A stretch of 63,877 nucleotides of DNA, filler included, from Chiloscyllium plagiosum (Eukaryota): NCBI RefSeq assembly GCF_004010195.1. It is 5 parts of one record of this genome, joined end to end, with 100 filler letters (N's around TTAATTAATTAA, not from the genome) between each part and the next. Parts side by side here need not be neighbours in the genome. Positions count along the whole stretch, not along the records: positions 1 to 22,558 come from NC_057715.1; positions 22,659 to 37,436 come from NC_057715.1; 3 more parts are not named here. One strand, written 5' to 3'. Of the stretch, positions 11,690-25,690 are shown piece by piece. Made by a program: the position numbers and the translations under genes. Every line of letters begins with the position of its first letter. Positions within the stretch are counted from its first letter, which is position 1. Below the pieces are notes generated by a model, which saw only the letters and a list, made by a program, of their open reading frames with translations, made no database searches and was not told where the DNA came from.

Positions 11690-12390
11690 GATTGGAAGTT
11701 AGAAAATGTGAGAGGTGATCTCATTGAGACATGTAGGATTCTTTAGAGGACATAGGTTTAGGGTGAGAGGGGAAAGATTTAGAAGGGACTGAAGGGGCAA
11801 CTTTTCATGCAGAGGGCGGTGCATGTATGGAATGAGCTGCCAGAGGAAGTTGTGGAGGCTGGAACAATTACAACGTTTAAAAGGCTTCTAGATGGCTATC
11901 TGAGTAGGAGGACTTTAGTGGATATGGGCCAAGTACTGGCAAATGGGACTAGATTAATTTAGCATATGTGGTCGGCATGGACAAGTTGGAACAAATGGTC
12001 TATTTCTGTGCTGTGTATCTCTATGACTCAATGGCTTGACAAGGTAATTGCTGAGAAGATGTTTTTCTCATGGGAGAAATCATGACTGGAGGGCATAGTC
12101 TCAGATTTAAGGGGTGCCAATTTAAGACTGAGATGAGGAGGAATTACTTCTCTCAGAGGGCTGAGAGTCTTCAGAGCTCCTTGCCACAGAGAGCTATCAG
12201 TAGCAGAGTCCTTGTGTGTATTTAAGACTAGAGATAGATCAGTTCTTGATCAGTAAGGAAATCAAGGGTTATGGGGATAAAGCAAGAATGTGAATGTTAG
12301 GAATGTTGGATTGTCCATGATTCTATTGAATGTCGGAGCAGGATCAAGGGAACAAATAGCATATTTCTATTCGCATTTCTTATGGATTTA
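11690..12390 (+). mobile_element. Old CR1 3' end with a younger CR1 3' end nested at about 11745-12030
   Basis: RGDLIETC...[RGHRFRVRG...WNELPEEVVEAG, tail ctatgactca]...LDKVIAEKMF... Confidence 0.8.
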
Positions 12391-12539
12391 TTGCCTTATT
12401 TGAAGAGAAATGGTCAATTAGAATGAAAGTTTTATCTTCTTGTACAACTGTTACTCAGTCTGCTGGCAGATGTGGATATAAAAAGCTGAAACAGTGAAAT
12501 GTTAATTTTTCTGGTTTTCTTAAAATCCAGAAGTGTTTT

Positions 12540-14945
12540 CACATATGGCTTTCCCTTTGTGTTACAGTTTTTTGTAGTTTTTCTCCTTCTAAGTAATGTT
12601 CTGTTCTTTGTCCTCTCTTCCAAAATGAAAAACTTTGCATTTTCCCATATGATATTCCATTTGCCAACTTTATACCCATTTATTACATCTATCAATATCC
12701 CTATTTAAATTGTTTATGTCTCTTTCTGTCATCTGCAAATTAGTACATTCACTTCTTTACTCAAAGTCATCAATTATATCCTGGAAGCAGTTGCTATCCC
12801 AGCACTGATCCTTGTAGAACCCCAGTGGTGACAGGTCACCAACCTGTAAAACAATCCCTTATCCCTACTCACTCTTTTATGCCCATTCAGCAATTCTCTA
12901 TCCAAGCTAATATATTACTCCAACACTATGGGCTCTTATCCTATGGCTTCACCTTTTTATAGAATCGTAGAATCCCTGCAGTGTGGAAGGAAACTATTCT
13001 GCCCTTAGAGTTTACACTGATCCTCCAAAGACAATCCTATTCAGATCCACCCCCTATCCTATACCTGTTACCCTACATTCCCTATGGCTAATCACCTAGC
13101 CTGCACATCCCTGGACAATTTAGCATGGCCAGTCCACCTAAACTGCATATCCTTGGACTGTGAGGGGAAACTGGAGCACCTGGAGGAAACACATGCAGGG
13201 AGAATGTGCAAACTTCACACAGACAGGGTGAAATCACACCCATGTTTCTGGCACATTGAGGCAGCAGTGCTAACCATCGTGACACCCATTTTCTAAGCTA
13301 CCTTGTTGAATGCCTATCAGAAATCCAAGTATAACGCATCTACCCCACTGATCACAGATCTCCAGTTTGAAAAGCAACCTTCCACCATCATCCTCTGTCT
13401 CCGATCTTTGAGCCAGTCCTGTATCCAAATGGCTAGTTCTCCCTGTATTCCATGTGATCTAACCTTGCTAACCAGAATACGATGAAGAGCCTTGACAAAT
13501 GCCTTACTGAAGTCCATATAGATCACATCCACAGCTTTACCCTCATCAATCCTCTTTGTTACTTCTTCAAAAGTTAGTGAGATATGATTTCCCATGCACA
13601 TGTTGACTATCCCTAATCCTCAGTTTCCCAATCCTCTTCTCCAGAATCGAATGACTTTTGGAAAATTACAATCAATGCATCCATTATCTCGTTTAGGATC
13701 CGAGGATGCAAGCTTTAATGGCCAGGGGACTAATTTGCTTTTAGCCCCATTACTTTGTCTGATACTACTTTTTCAGTGATTATAAAAGTACATAATTCCC
13801 CTTAAGCATTAATGGGATGTTCAAAATATTTTCCATTATAAAGACAGCCGCAAAATATCTATTAAACTGCTCTTTCATTTCCATGTTCCCAAAAACCATC
13901 TCACTCGAATCATTTTCTAAAGGACCTATGTCACTTTGACCTCTCTCTGCCTTTTGATATAAGCACTTATTGTCAGTATTTATGTTGTTTATTAATTTGC
14001 CTCAGTTTATTTTCTCGATCTTTATTACATTTTAGGTCCACCATTGTTGGAATTTTAATTTATCTCAATCTTTGAGGCTTTCACTGACTCTTTTGGGTGT
14101 TTTGTTTCCAACATAATACTCTTCTTAACTTCCTTGGTTAACCATGGTTAGTTTATCACTCTCTTAGAATCTTTCTGGATATATTTTTGCTGACAATCAT
14201 GAATTACCCCATTAAATGTGGAACACTATTGCTTACCTTCATCTTGTTTATCTATCAGTCAACTCACTTCATTGTAATAAGGATTTCATTGTAAGTTAAA
14301 AATGATTGTTTCCATCCAGGTTTCTCGCTCTTGAAGGGAGTATCAATTGCTATCATGTTATGATCATTACTTCCTTGGGGATGTTTTACTCAGAAATAAT
14401 TTATTAAACCTGCAAAATTAACCATTACCAGATCCAAGGTGGCCTGACCCCTGGTCGGCTCCATGACACATTCTTCATGGAAACTATGCCTAATGCCCTC
14501 TGTGAATTCATTGTTGCAGCAACCCTTCCCAGTTTGATTAGGTCAATCAACATGAAGATTAAAGTCGCCCATGATTATTGCTCTATTCTTTTTAAATAGT
14601 CCTATTATTTGTTGATTTATAGCACTTCCAACAGAATGGTTACTGTTAGAGGGTCTGTACACTATTCCGACCAATGCCTTCTTTCCCTTGCTTTTTCTTT
14701 TTACCTCCATCCGAATGAACTCTATGTCATCCAAGCTTAGATTGTCTCTCACAACTGTCAATTTATTTCCTATTAACAGTGCTACCCCACCATCTATTCA
14801 ATCCCTTCTTTCTCTCCAAAAGATCAAATATCCTTGAATGTTAAGTTTCCAGTTTTGATCTCCTTGTAACCATGTTTCTGTAATGGCAATAATCATATTC
14901 ATTGACATAAATTTGTTCCATCAACTTGTCCATTTTATTTTGAAT
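12540..14945 (-). mobile_element. Old CR1 ORF2 (APE-RT) remnant with nested HE1 SINE and a younger CR1 piece
   Basis: ORF 14543-14761 (GIVYRPSNSN...IIMGDFNLHVD, APE) and ORF 13317-13601 (VDVIYMDFSKAF, RT). Confidence 0.8.
12959..13288 (-). mobile_element. HE1-type V-SINE
   Basis: caatttagcatggcc...gagaatgtgcaaacttcacacagacag...gaggcagcagtgctaacca. Confidence 0.85.
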
Positions 14946-14947
14946 AA

Positions 14948-17900
14948 AGTCACAAAGTCAAAGAGATACACAGCACGGAAACAGCCCCTTCGATCCCACT
15001 TGTACATGCTGACGAGATATCCCAACTCAACCTAGTCCCACATGCCAGCACTCAGCCGATATCCCTCCAAACCCTTCCTATACCCATCCAGATGCCTTTT
15101 AAATGTTGCAATTGTACTAGCCTCCACCACTTCCTCTGGCAGCTCATTCCATACATGTACCACCCTCTGCATGAAAACGTTGCCCCTTAGGTCTCTTCTA
15201 TATCTTTCCCCTCTCACTCTAAACCTATGTCCTCTAATTCTGGACTCCCCTACCCTCATGATTTTATAAACCTCAATAAGGTCACCCCTCAGCCTCCGAT
15301 GCTCCAGGGAAAACAGCCCCAGCCTATTCAACCACTTCCTATAGCTCAAATCCTCCAACGCTGGCAACATCCTTGTAAATCTTTTCTGAACCCTTTCAAG
15401 TTTCATATCATCATTCTAATAGGATGGAGACCAGAATAGCATGCAATATTCCAAAAGTAGCCTCACCAATGCCCTGTACAGCTGCAACATCACCTCCCAA
15501 CTCCTCTACTCAATACTCTGATCAATAAAGGAAAGCATACCAAACATCTTCTTCACTGTCCTGTCTACTTGCAACTCTACTTTCAAGGAGCTATGAACCT
15601 ACACTTCAAGGTCTTTTTGTTCAGCAACACTCCGTAGGACCTTTCCATTAAGTGTATAAGTCCTGCTAAGATTTGCTTTCCAAAAACGCAGCATCTTGCC
15701 TTTATCTAAATTAAACTTCATCTGCCACTTGTCAGCCCACTGGCCCATCTGATCAAGATCCCGTTGTCATCTGAAGTAACCTTCTTTACTGTCCAATTTT
15801 GGTGTCATCTGCAAACTGACTAACTGTACCTGTTATGCTCACATCCAAATCTTTTATATAAATGATGAAAAGTAGTGGACCCAGCACCAATCCTTGTGGC
15901 ACTCCACTGGTCACAGGCCTCTAGTCTGAAAAACAACCCTCCACCACCACTCTCTGTCTTCTACCTTTGAGCCAGTTCAGTATCCATATGGCTAGTTCTC
16001 CCTCTATTTCATGAGATCTAACTTTGCTAACCAATCTCCCATGGGGAACCTTGTCAAACGCCTTTCTGAAGTCCATATAGATCACATCTACTGCTCTGCC
16101 CTCATCAATTCTCTTTGTTACTTCTTCAAAAAACTCAATCAATTTTGTGAGACATGATTTCCCAGACACAAAGCCATGTTAACTATCCCTAATCAGTCCT
16201 TATCTTTCTGAGTACATGTACGCCCTGTCCCTCAGGATTCCCTCCAACAACGTGCCCACCACCAACGTCAGGCTCACTGGTCTATAGTTCCCCGGCTTGT
16301 TCTTACCACCTTTCTTAAACAGTGGTACCACTTTAGCCAACCTCCAGTCTCCGGCACCTCACCTGTGACTATCAATAATACAATTATCTCAACAAGAGGC
16401 CCAGCAATCACTCCCCTAGCTTCGCACAGAGTTCTGGGGTACACCTAATCATGTTTTGGAGATTTATTCACTTTTTTGCATTTCAAGACATCCAGCACTT
16501 CCTCCTCTAATTTGGACCTTTTTCAACATGTCACCATCTATTTCCTTACGTTCTACATCTTCCATGTCCTACATTCTATATCTTCCACAGTAAATACTGA
16601 TGCAAAATATTTGTTTAGTATTTCCCCCATTTTCTGCGCTCACACAAAGGCCACCATGTTGATCTTTGAAGGGCCCTATTCTCTCCCTAGTTGTCCTTTT
16701 GTCCTTAATCTATTGTTAAAACCCCTTTGGATTCTCCTTAACTGTATTTGCCAAACTCTCTCATGTCCCCTTTTTGCCCTCCTGTTTTCCCTCTTAAGTA
16801 TACTCCTACTGCCTTTATACTCTAAGGATTCATTTGATCTGTCTTGTCTATACCTGACATATGCTTCCTTCTTTTTCTTAACTGAAACCTCAATTTCTTT
16901 TAGTCATCCAGCCTTCCCTACACCTACCAGCCTTTTCTTTCACGCTAACAGGAATATACTGTCTCTAAACTCTCGTTATCTCATTTCTAAAGGCTTCCCA
17001 TTTTCCAGCTGTCCTTTACCTGCAAACATCTGCCCCCAATTAGCTTTTGAAAGTTCTTGCCTAATATTGTCAAAATTAGCCTTCCTCCAATTTAGAATTT
17101 CAACTTTTAGATCTGGTCTATCCTTTTCCATCACTATTTTAAAACAAATAGAATTATGGTCGCTGGCACCGGAGTGCTCCCCCACTGACACTTCAGTCAC
17201 CTTCTCTGCCTTATTTCCCAAGAGTAGGTCAAATTTTGCACCTTCTGTAGTAGCTACATCCACACATTGAATCAGAAAATGTTCTTGTACACACTTAAAT
17301 TCTTCTCCATCTAAACCCTTAATACTATGGCAGTCCCAGTCTATGTTTGGAAAGTTAAAATCCCCTATCATAACCACCCTACGATTCTTACAGATAACTG
17401 AGATCTCCTTACAAATTTGTTTCTCAATTTACCTCTGACTATTAGGGGTCTATAATACAATCCAAATAAAGTGATCATCCCTTTCTTTTTTCTTTCTTAT
17501 GACCTGGATGTATTTCCAGGAATATCCTCCCTAAGTACAGCTGTAATGCTATCCCTTATTGAAAACACCACTGCCACTCCTCTCTTACCTCTCTTTCTGT
17601 AGCATTTGTATCCTGGAACATTAAGCTGCCAGTCCTGGCTATCCCTGAGCCACGTTTATGTAATTGCTATGATATCGCAGTCCCATATTCTTAACCATGC
17701 CCTGAGTTCATCTGCCTTCCCTGTTAGACCTCTTGCATTGAAATTAAAGCAATTTAATTTATAAATCCTACCTTGTTCTCTGTTTTGTCTCTGCCCGCCC
17801 TGACTATTTGACTCGCTTCTTTTCTCAACTGTACCAGTCTCAGATCGATCTCTTTCCTCACCATCTCCCTGGGTCCACCCCACCATGTTACTAGCTTAAA

Positions 17901-19770
17901 TGCTCCTGAGCAGCTCTAGCAAATCTCCCTGCCAGTATATTAGTCCCCTTCCAATTCAGGTGCTATCCGTCCTTCTTGTACAAGTCACTTTTATCACAGA
18001 AGAGATTTCAAAAATCCAAAAATGTGAATCCTTCTTCCATACACCAGCTCCTCAGTCATGCATTCATCTGCTCTATCTTCCTATTCCTAGCCTCACTAGC
18101 TCACAGCACTGGGAATAATCCAGATATTACTACTCTCGAGGATCTCCTTTTTAAATTCCTGCCTAACTCTCTGAAATCTCCCTTCGGAATCTCATCCATT
18201 TGCCTTCCTACATCATTGCACACATTGGAACCAATGACCTCCTGCTGGTCCCTCTCCCCTTTGAGAACATTCTGCACCCTCTCTGAGACATCCCTGATCC
18301 TGGCGCCAGAAAGGCAACACACCATTCCGATTTTTCGCTGCTGGCCACAGAAACATCTGTCCCTGCATTGGACTAGAAAGTCCCCTACACAATTGATCTT
18401 TTGGAACCCGACGTACCCCTCACTGCATTAGAGCCAATCTCGATACCAGAAACTTGGCTGTTCTTGCTACAGTACCCTGAGAATCCATCATTCCCTACAT
18501 TTTTCAAAACAGCATACTTGTTTTAAATGTGGTAAGCCACAGAAGACTCCTGCACTATCTGCCTACCTCTCTTACCTTTCCTGGAGTTAACCCACCTATA
18601 TGACTGTATCTGAAACTTTTCTCCCTTACTATAACTACCATCCATCACATCCCCTTAGTCTTGTAAATTCCTCATTGACCCTAACTGTGTCTCCAACTGA
18701 TCTATTCCATCTGAGTGGATTTGCAACCAATGGCATATAATGCAGGTATAATCCAGGTATAACACGTAAACTCTCCCTGAACTCCCACATGCGACAGGAA
18801 GAGCATATCACTATAATAATGGCCATTTTTGCTTCATCCAATCTACAGACCCAGAAAATAGCACTGTCTTGTTCCTTTACAAAGCATTATTCCAGGCTAA
18901 CTTAATACTTATGACTTATATTTTCAAGTTTAATCAAGAAAGAACCCACTCTACTCACTACTGCAGACTTGCTGTTAGGCCACACTTAAAAATATTCATT
19001 TATCTGTTTCTTTTTAGATTTAGATTAGATTCCTTACAGTGTGGAAACAGGCCCTTCGGCCCCACTAGTCCACACCTAACCTCCAAAGAGCAACCCACCC
19101 GGACCCATTTCCCTCTGATTAATGGACCTAATACTATGAGCAATTTAGCATGGCCAATTCACCTGACCTGTATATCTTTGGACTGTGGGAGGAAACTGGA
19201 CCACCCAGAGAAAACCCACGCAGACACAGGGAGAATGTCAAACTCCACACAGACAGTCGCCCAAGGTTGGAATTGAACCTGGGTCCCTGGTGCTGTGAGG
19301 CAGCAGTGCTGACCGTTGAGCCACCATGCCGCCTCAAAGGGTTGTTTCTGTCCTGTGACCTCTCCCAAACAGGTTCCTCCAAGATAATTTGTGAATTGCA
19401 GTGTTTGTACTTTTCCCTGACGCACTCCAATGTCCAGCAATACATGAATTCAAACAGCAAAGGCAGTAACTGCGCAGGTTCACTGCTGTGTCAGTGAGCA
19501 GTGTAGGTTGGTTTCTTTCTTTCTTTCTCTCTCTCTCACCTGCACTGACCTCATCATGTGCTTCCATTGTCTGTTTCTCTCTCTTTTAAAAGGTCTGTTG
19601 TTTTGACTTTTTTTTTCCAAATTTCCAAAACAATGCAACAGCATATAAAACAGTAATTGCTGCTCCTGGAATTCGAGAAATCACCTCCAACACCTAAAAT
19701 ACCTAAAAAAAAGCAGTCTGTTACAGCCAGATATTTTTCCCATCCTTCATCTTGGATTACCCAGAATCCT
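14948..19770 (-). mobile_element. Near full-length CR1 (HER1-like) LINE, degenerate: 5' UTR, ORF1 (zinc finger + SGNH esterase-like), ORF2 (APE + RT)
   Basis: ORF1 pieces VICSSCRMWEFRES and CCLSGARIRDVSERV...RVVISGLFPV. ORF2 pieces LNCFNFNARGL, MIGDFNFPNIDWD, DVIYMDFRKAFDKV and LERVQKRFTRML. Tail remnant at about 14948. Confidence 0.93.
19013..19334 (-). mobile_element. HE1-type V-SINE nested in the CR1 5' UTR
   Basis: (tagat)n tail at the left end, HE1 core, and gccaccatgccgcc head. Confidence 0.9.
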
Positions 19771-22337
19771 CTGGCTGCCCAGCAGAACCTATTTCGTCTT
19801 TCTACCTAAATGCAGAAAGTGTTGGCTGTTTGTGAGCCAGCTGTGTACCACATGCTGTACATGTGTGTAATCAAGAAAATGAATGTCTAATTTCTTTATG
19901 TTGGTACTTGCACTCTACATCATCTCTCAGTTCAGCAGGAGCTTCAGAGTAATTGAAGATTTAATTTACTACTTTGGTCACTTCTTAGAATTACTAGGTT
20001 TGAAATTCACAATTTAATTTAACTAGGCTGTCTACTGTGCGTTTAGAATAGAAGTCTGTTGACCTTTATTTGTTTTATTTAATCTAGCTTGAAGTTGCTG
20101 GAATACAGTTAGCTCCATTGTTGAAAGATATTAAGTATATAACATTCCAGAAATCCTTGTAGTTGATCTCAATTAAACCAATAGCTTGATCTATAATGGG
20201 AGTTCACTATGACCTCTGTTGAACGTCTTCAGATGTCTGTCTTTCATCTGATTTAATAATGAGTGCCACCAAATTCTCTCTGATCTTTCAATCTCAAAAG
20301 AGTTTCAGGTTTTTAAATCAAACTGAAACTCTTTTGTACATAGTAATATTTTATTCTTGTTTACCAAATCATTGAAGTAAGTAATAAACAATGGAATTGG
20401 CAAGCATGATGGTCTTTTAACTTTATTCAAAAAAGTTATGAAAGCTGGAAATCAAAAACAAATACAGAAAATTCTAAAGAAACTCAGCAGGCCTGGTAAC
20501 ATTGTGCGGAATCATCATACCAACCTGAAACACTAACTCTGTTGCTCTCTCTACAGATAACAACATTACTCTCATCTTCCCCAACTATCAGTAACCCCTA
20601 ACTGCCACCATTCATTTATATTTGCCCTCACTTCATGTCACTAACAACCCTTCTAATGTCTTGACACTTTTGATATTACCACTGCCTGATGCTCCATACA
20701 TCTCCCAGTTGCCAGATATTCTGAATTGTGCTCTACAATTGCTTTTAATTGGGATTTGGTCCCAACACAAAGTTGGCTAGTCCAGCTGCTACTGTGCTCA
20801 AAAGCTGTTAATAAAATTTAATAAAATAAAAGCTTCACATTTTCAGAGAACAAATGACTGTATGCCTGTCTTGGATGCTATAAAAAGCTCCATATTTCCA
20901 GCTCAGAAGATCAATACCTGATAGGAACACTGAAGTTCTGTTAAGATTGACTTGGCAAGATGAACCGCATCTAGCAGGCAAGGGAGGAACACATGGCCAG
21001 ACTGTTAAACACCATGACCTGTCCAGGAAAGAAAGAACAAATGGCATTGATGTGACACCATTCACAACTTCAGATTTCCCAATGCACTGTACAGCCAAAG
21101 AAAACATGCTGTCCAATGTCGCGGGAAAGTGTCAACTGACTTTACACAGCCAGCTCCCACAAATAGAACTATATTTGGGGGTTAGATATTGGGGAGCACT
21201 CTCTGATCTTCTTTGTAAAAAGACATTGGGCTCTTTTACATTCACCCGAACAGCTAAATGGAATCTTGATTTAATGTTTGAGCGACTACCAGTTCTATCT
21301 ACATGTGAGGAACATTTGGACACCTAGCATAAATGGACATCCATAACTAATGCTTTTAGGCCTTTCAGGTCTGAGATATCTTTCCAACTATTACAAGCCA
21401 CAGCTATATTTTCTACCACATCACACAGCTGATATTCTGTTCTCACTGCTGAAACTATCAAAGTGGCATGAAACAAAAAGCATCTCTGTGGCTCCATACT
21501 TGAAAACTTTATTTTTGAAAGAAATGTAATGGTAAACCTGTCACATTTGCTTTTAAACTCAAAGTATCAGTCCCCAAGGGTTGGTCTGAAATCAAATCCT
21601 TCTTCCCAGCTAGGTTTTTCAGTGTGGATATGGCAATCTTAACCCTGATTATCATACCTTTTAAACTGCCTTCAGTTAGCAGGTTCCTCAGATAACCTTG
21701 TCTATGGACATTGAGGGCTTGTTGTGCATTCAAAATTACTTATTAGAATTGGACCATGTCTTTAAATAGTCTGTCACTATAATAAAGCAGCATGAGCAGA
21801 AATCCATGAGAAAGTCACTTGATTTGTTTGCCAGGTTTCTCCTATTCCCTCGACTCGCTTCCTTAATTCCAAAGCCCTCACTCTCTCATGAGTATTGTTT
21901 GCCCTGAGGCACATTTCTCAATAACTACTCCTTACATGTAAGTCTAGTAGTAGACTGTTGAAACATGGGAAACTTCACCGTCAAACACAATTGTGTCCTC
22001 TCATAATATCTGATGATGTCTCATAATATCATTGGATTGAATGCAGCAATAGCAACCTTTGGTTTTGCTTTAACACAGGAGCACTGAGGCAGTGCAACTT
22101 TGATACAACTTTGAAAAGGCCCAATTAAATAATCAACCACTGATCCTGTTAAAACAAATTTCTTCCACTTCCAGATCATTCAGTTATGCAATACACTATT
22201 CAGTGGCATTTAAAATTAAGAATTTAACTTTCAAAATTTGTGTTGCTGGTTAGCAAATCATTTTTGGCTTTGTATATAGTCTCAACTGCATTTTCATTGG
22301 TCTGTTACTTATAGCTGCCTTATTACTTTTATTGCAG

Positions 22338-22394
22338 GACTTATGTACTACTCTTTGTACTAGAGCAGCCTTGTTTAGCACTATTTTAATTACA
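22338..22394 (+). CDS. Candidate 57-nt phase 0-0 exon, unidentified protein
   Basis: Strong acceptor ttacttttattgcag| and consensus donor ACA|gtaagt. Only frame 0 is open: DLCTTLCTRAALFSTILIT. Confidence 0.4.
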
Positions 22395-22417
22395 GTAAGT
22401 AGAATCATTTGAATATT

Positions 22418-22558
22418 TCATTTGAATAAAGGGAACTATGGAGCTATGAGGGAGGAGCTGGCCAAAGTTCAATGGTGCAATACCTTAGCAGGGATGACAG
22501 TGGAGGAACAATGGCGGATATTTCTGGGTATAATGCAGAAGTTGCAAGATCAGTTCAT
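22418..22558 (+). mobile_element. CR1 ORF2 fragment running into a gap
   Basis: NKGNYGAMREELAKVQWCNTLAGMTVEEQWRIF. Confidence 0.8.
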
Positions 22559-22658
22559 NNNNNNNNNNNNNNNNNNNNNNNNNNNNNNNNNNNNNNNNNN
22601 NNTTAATTAATTAANNNNNNNNNNNNNNNNNNNNNNNNNNNNNNNNNNNNNNNNNNNN
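22559..22658. other. Synthetic contig linker N44-TTAATTAATTAA-N44
   Basis: Identical 100-nt structure occurs four times; the palindrome places TAA stops in all six frames. Confidence 0.97.
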
Positions 22659-22808
22659 ACGCTTCAGGCTCTCTGCCTTTATTCCTGATAAAGGGCTTTT
22701 GCCCGAAACGTCAATTTCGCTGCTCGTTGGATGCTGCCTGAATTGCTGTGCTCTTCCAGCACCACTGATCCAGAATCTGGTTTCCAGCATCTGCAGTTAT
22801 TGTTTTTA
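22659..22808 (+). mobile_element. Neptune-type PLE 3' tail with hammerhead remnant
   Basis: ctgataaagggcttttgcccgaaacgtc...ccagcatctgcagttattgttttt. Confidence 0.8.
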
Positions 22809-23496
22809 TCCCTAATCAGTCCTTGCCTTTCCAAATGCTTGTAAATCCTAACCTTCAGGATCCCCTCCAACAACTTGCCGACCACTGATGACAATTGGGA
22901 CCCTTGGCCCAACTCATCCATGCCAACCCAATATCCTAAATTAACCTAGTCCAATTTGCTAGCATTTGGACCATGTCCCTCTAAACTCTCCCCATTCATA
23001 CACCCATCCAAATGCCTTTTAAATGGTGTAATTGGACCAACCTCCACCACTTTGTCTGGCAGCTCATTCCATACATGCACCACCTCTGCATGAACAATTC
23101 GCCCTTAGGACCTTTTTAAGTCTTTCCCCTGTTGCCTTAAACTACTGCCCTCTAGCTTTGGACTCCCTTACCTGGAGGAAAACACCTTGTCTATTCAGCC
23201 TATCTATGCCCCTCTTGATTTTATAAACCTCGATAAGGTCACCTCCAACATGCCAGGAAAATAGCCACAGCCTATTCAATCTCTCCCTACAACTCAAGCC
23301 CTCCAATACTGGCAACATTCTTGAAAATCTTTTCTGAACCCTTTCAAGTTTCACAACATCCTACCTATAATAGGGAGACCAGAATTGATTGCAATATTCC
23401 AAAAGTGGCCTAACTAATGTCCAGTACAGCCACAACATGATCTCCCAACTCTTATTCTCAATGCGCTGACCAATAGAAGCAAGCATACCAAATACC

Positions 23497-24188
23497 AAAG
23501 GGAAAGACAACGGAACGAGGACATGCCGCAACCCAAAGGACTAGCCACACTACCATACATCAAGAGCATTTCAGAACTGACAGCCAGACTACTGCGACCA
23601 CTAGGACTCATAACAGCACACAAACCAACAGCCACTCTCAGACAACAACTCACCAGGACGAAGGACCCGATACTCAGCAAGAACAAAACCAATGTAGTGT
23701 ACAAACTCCCATGCAAGGACTGCACAAAACACTACATCGACAAACAGGAAGACAGCTAATGATCTGCATCCATGAACACCAACTAGCCACGAAACGACAC
23801 GACCAGCTATCCTTAGTAGCCACACACTCAACAAGCAACATGAGTTCGACTGGGACAACACTACTATTATAGGACAAGCCAAACAGAGGACAGCCAGGGA
23901 ATTCCTAGAGGCATGACATTCATCCACAGATTCAATCAATAAGCACATTGACCTGGACCCAATATACCGGCCACGGCAGGGGACAGCTGGAACTGACAAC
24001 CGGAAGCGGCAGATACAAATCACTATAAATGCCAGAGGAAACATCACAGAAGCGCTTCACAGGAGGCTCCCAAGCACTGAGGATGTCACCTAGACAGGGG
24101 ACAAAACGTCTGCAACACAAATTCCCAGCTTGGCGAACAGAACCACAACAACGAGCACCAGAGCTACAAATCTTCTCACAAACTTTGA
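23497..24188 (+). mobile_element. Penelope-like element 3' unit (GIY-YIG) with a perfect 12-bp TSD
   Basis: ORF 23523-23759 (GLATLPYIKSISELTARLLRPLG...NVVYKLPCKDCTKHYI). TSD ataccaaatacc at 23485-23496 and 24189-24200. Hammerhead remnant ctgaggatgtcacctagacaggggacaaaacgtc at about 24076-24110. Confidence 0.93.
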
Positions 24189-25566
24189 ATACCAAATACC
24201 TTCTTCATTATCCTATCTACCTACGACACCACTTTCAAGGAGCTATGAACCTGGTGTCTTTGTTCAGCTACACTCCCCAGGACCTTATCATTAAGTGTAT
24301 AAGTCCTGCTTTGATTTCCAAAATGCAGCACCTTAAATTTATCTAAATTCAACTCCATCTCCTTGGCCTATCTGATCAAAATCCAGTTATACTCTGAGGT
24401 AACCTTCTTCTCTATCCACTACACTTTCAATTTCAGTGTTACTAACCTAACCTCCTATGTTCACATCCAACTCATTTATATAAATGACAAAAAGCAGTGA
24501 ACCCACCACCAATCCTTGTGGCACATTGCTGATCACAGGCCTCCAGTCTGAAAAGCAATACTCCACCACCACCCTACGTCTACTGTCTTCAAGCCAGTTC
24601 TGTATCCATGTGGTTAGTTCTCCCTGTACTCTATGTTATCTAACCTTCTTAACCAGTCCACCATGGAGAACCTTGTCAAACACCTCACTGAGGTCCATAT
24701 AGATCACGTCCACCACTCTGCCCTCATCAATTCTCTTCGTCACTTCTTCAAAAAACTCAATCAAGTTGGTGAAACATGATTTTCCATTTACAAAGCCATG
24801 TTGACTATCCCTAATCAGTCCTTGCCTTCCCAAATACTTGTAAATCCTAACCTTCAGAATCCTCTCCAAAAACCCTTGCCCACCACTGATGTCAGGCTCT
24901 CTAGTCTATAGTTCTCTGGCTTTTCCTTACCATCAGTCTTAAACAGTGGCACCACATAGCCAAACTTGTCTTCTAGCACCTCATCTGTGGCTATTGATGA
25001 TACAAATACCTCAGCCAGAGGCCCAGTCATCACATCCTGAAATTCTGACAAAATTCTGGGGTACCCCTGATCAAGTCCTGGGATTTATTCACCTTTACAT
25101 GTTATAGATGTCCATTACCTCCTGTTCTCTCATGTGGACATTTTTCAAGATGTCACTATTGACTTCCCCAAGTTCTCTAGCTTCCACATCCTTCTCTATA
25201 GTAAACACTGATGGAAAATACTCGTTTAGTATCTCCCCCATTTCCTGCGATCCCAGGCATAGGAGGCGTTGGTGATCTTTAAGGGGCCCTGTTCTCTCCC
25301 TTTCTTTTGCTCTTAATGTCTTTATAGAATCCTTTTGGATTCTCCATGACCTATTTGCCAAAGCTATCTCATGTCCTTGTTTTTCCCACCTGATTTCCCT
25401 CTTAAGTATACACCTTTATACTTTTCTAGGGATTCACACAATCCCTACTACTTCTGATATATGCTTCCTTCTTTATTTTAACCAAAACATCAATTCCTCT
25501 CTTATACAGCATTCCCTACATCTATAAGCCTTGCCTTTCACCCTAATAGGAACATAATGTCTCTGG

Positions 25567-25690
25567 AAGAAAGTGAGGACTCCAGATGCTGAAGATCAGA
25601 GTCGAAGATTGTGGCTCTGGAAAAGCAGAGCTGGTCAGGCAGTATCCGAGAAGCAGGAGAATCGATGTGTTGGGCATAGGCCCTTTCATT
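25567..25690 (-). mobile_element. PLE 3' tail fragment
   Basis: agaaagtgaggactccagatgctg...gcaggagaatcgatgtgttgggcat, same family as 6692-7454 and 34664-34869. Confidence 0.75.

Noticed and set aside
16476..17270. 264-aa plus-strand ORF
   Set aside because: Antisense shadow of CR1 ORF2; no independent protein signature.
20088..20162. Possible exon LEVAGIQLAPLLKDIK after a good acceptor
   Set aside because: No convincing donor site and the peptide is unrecognised.
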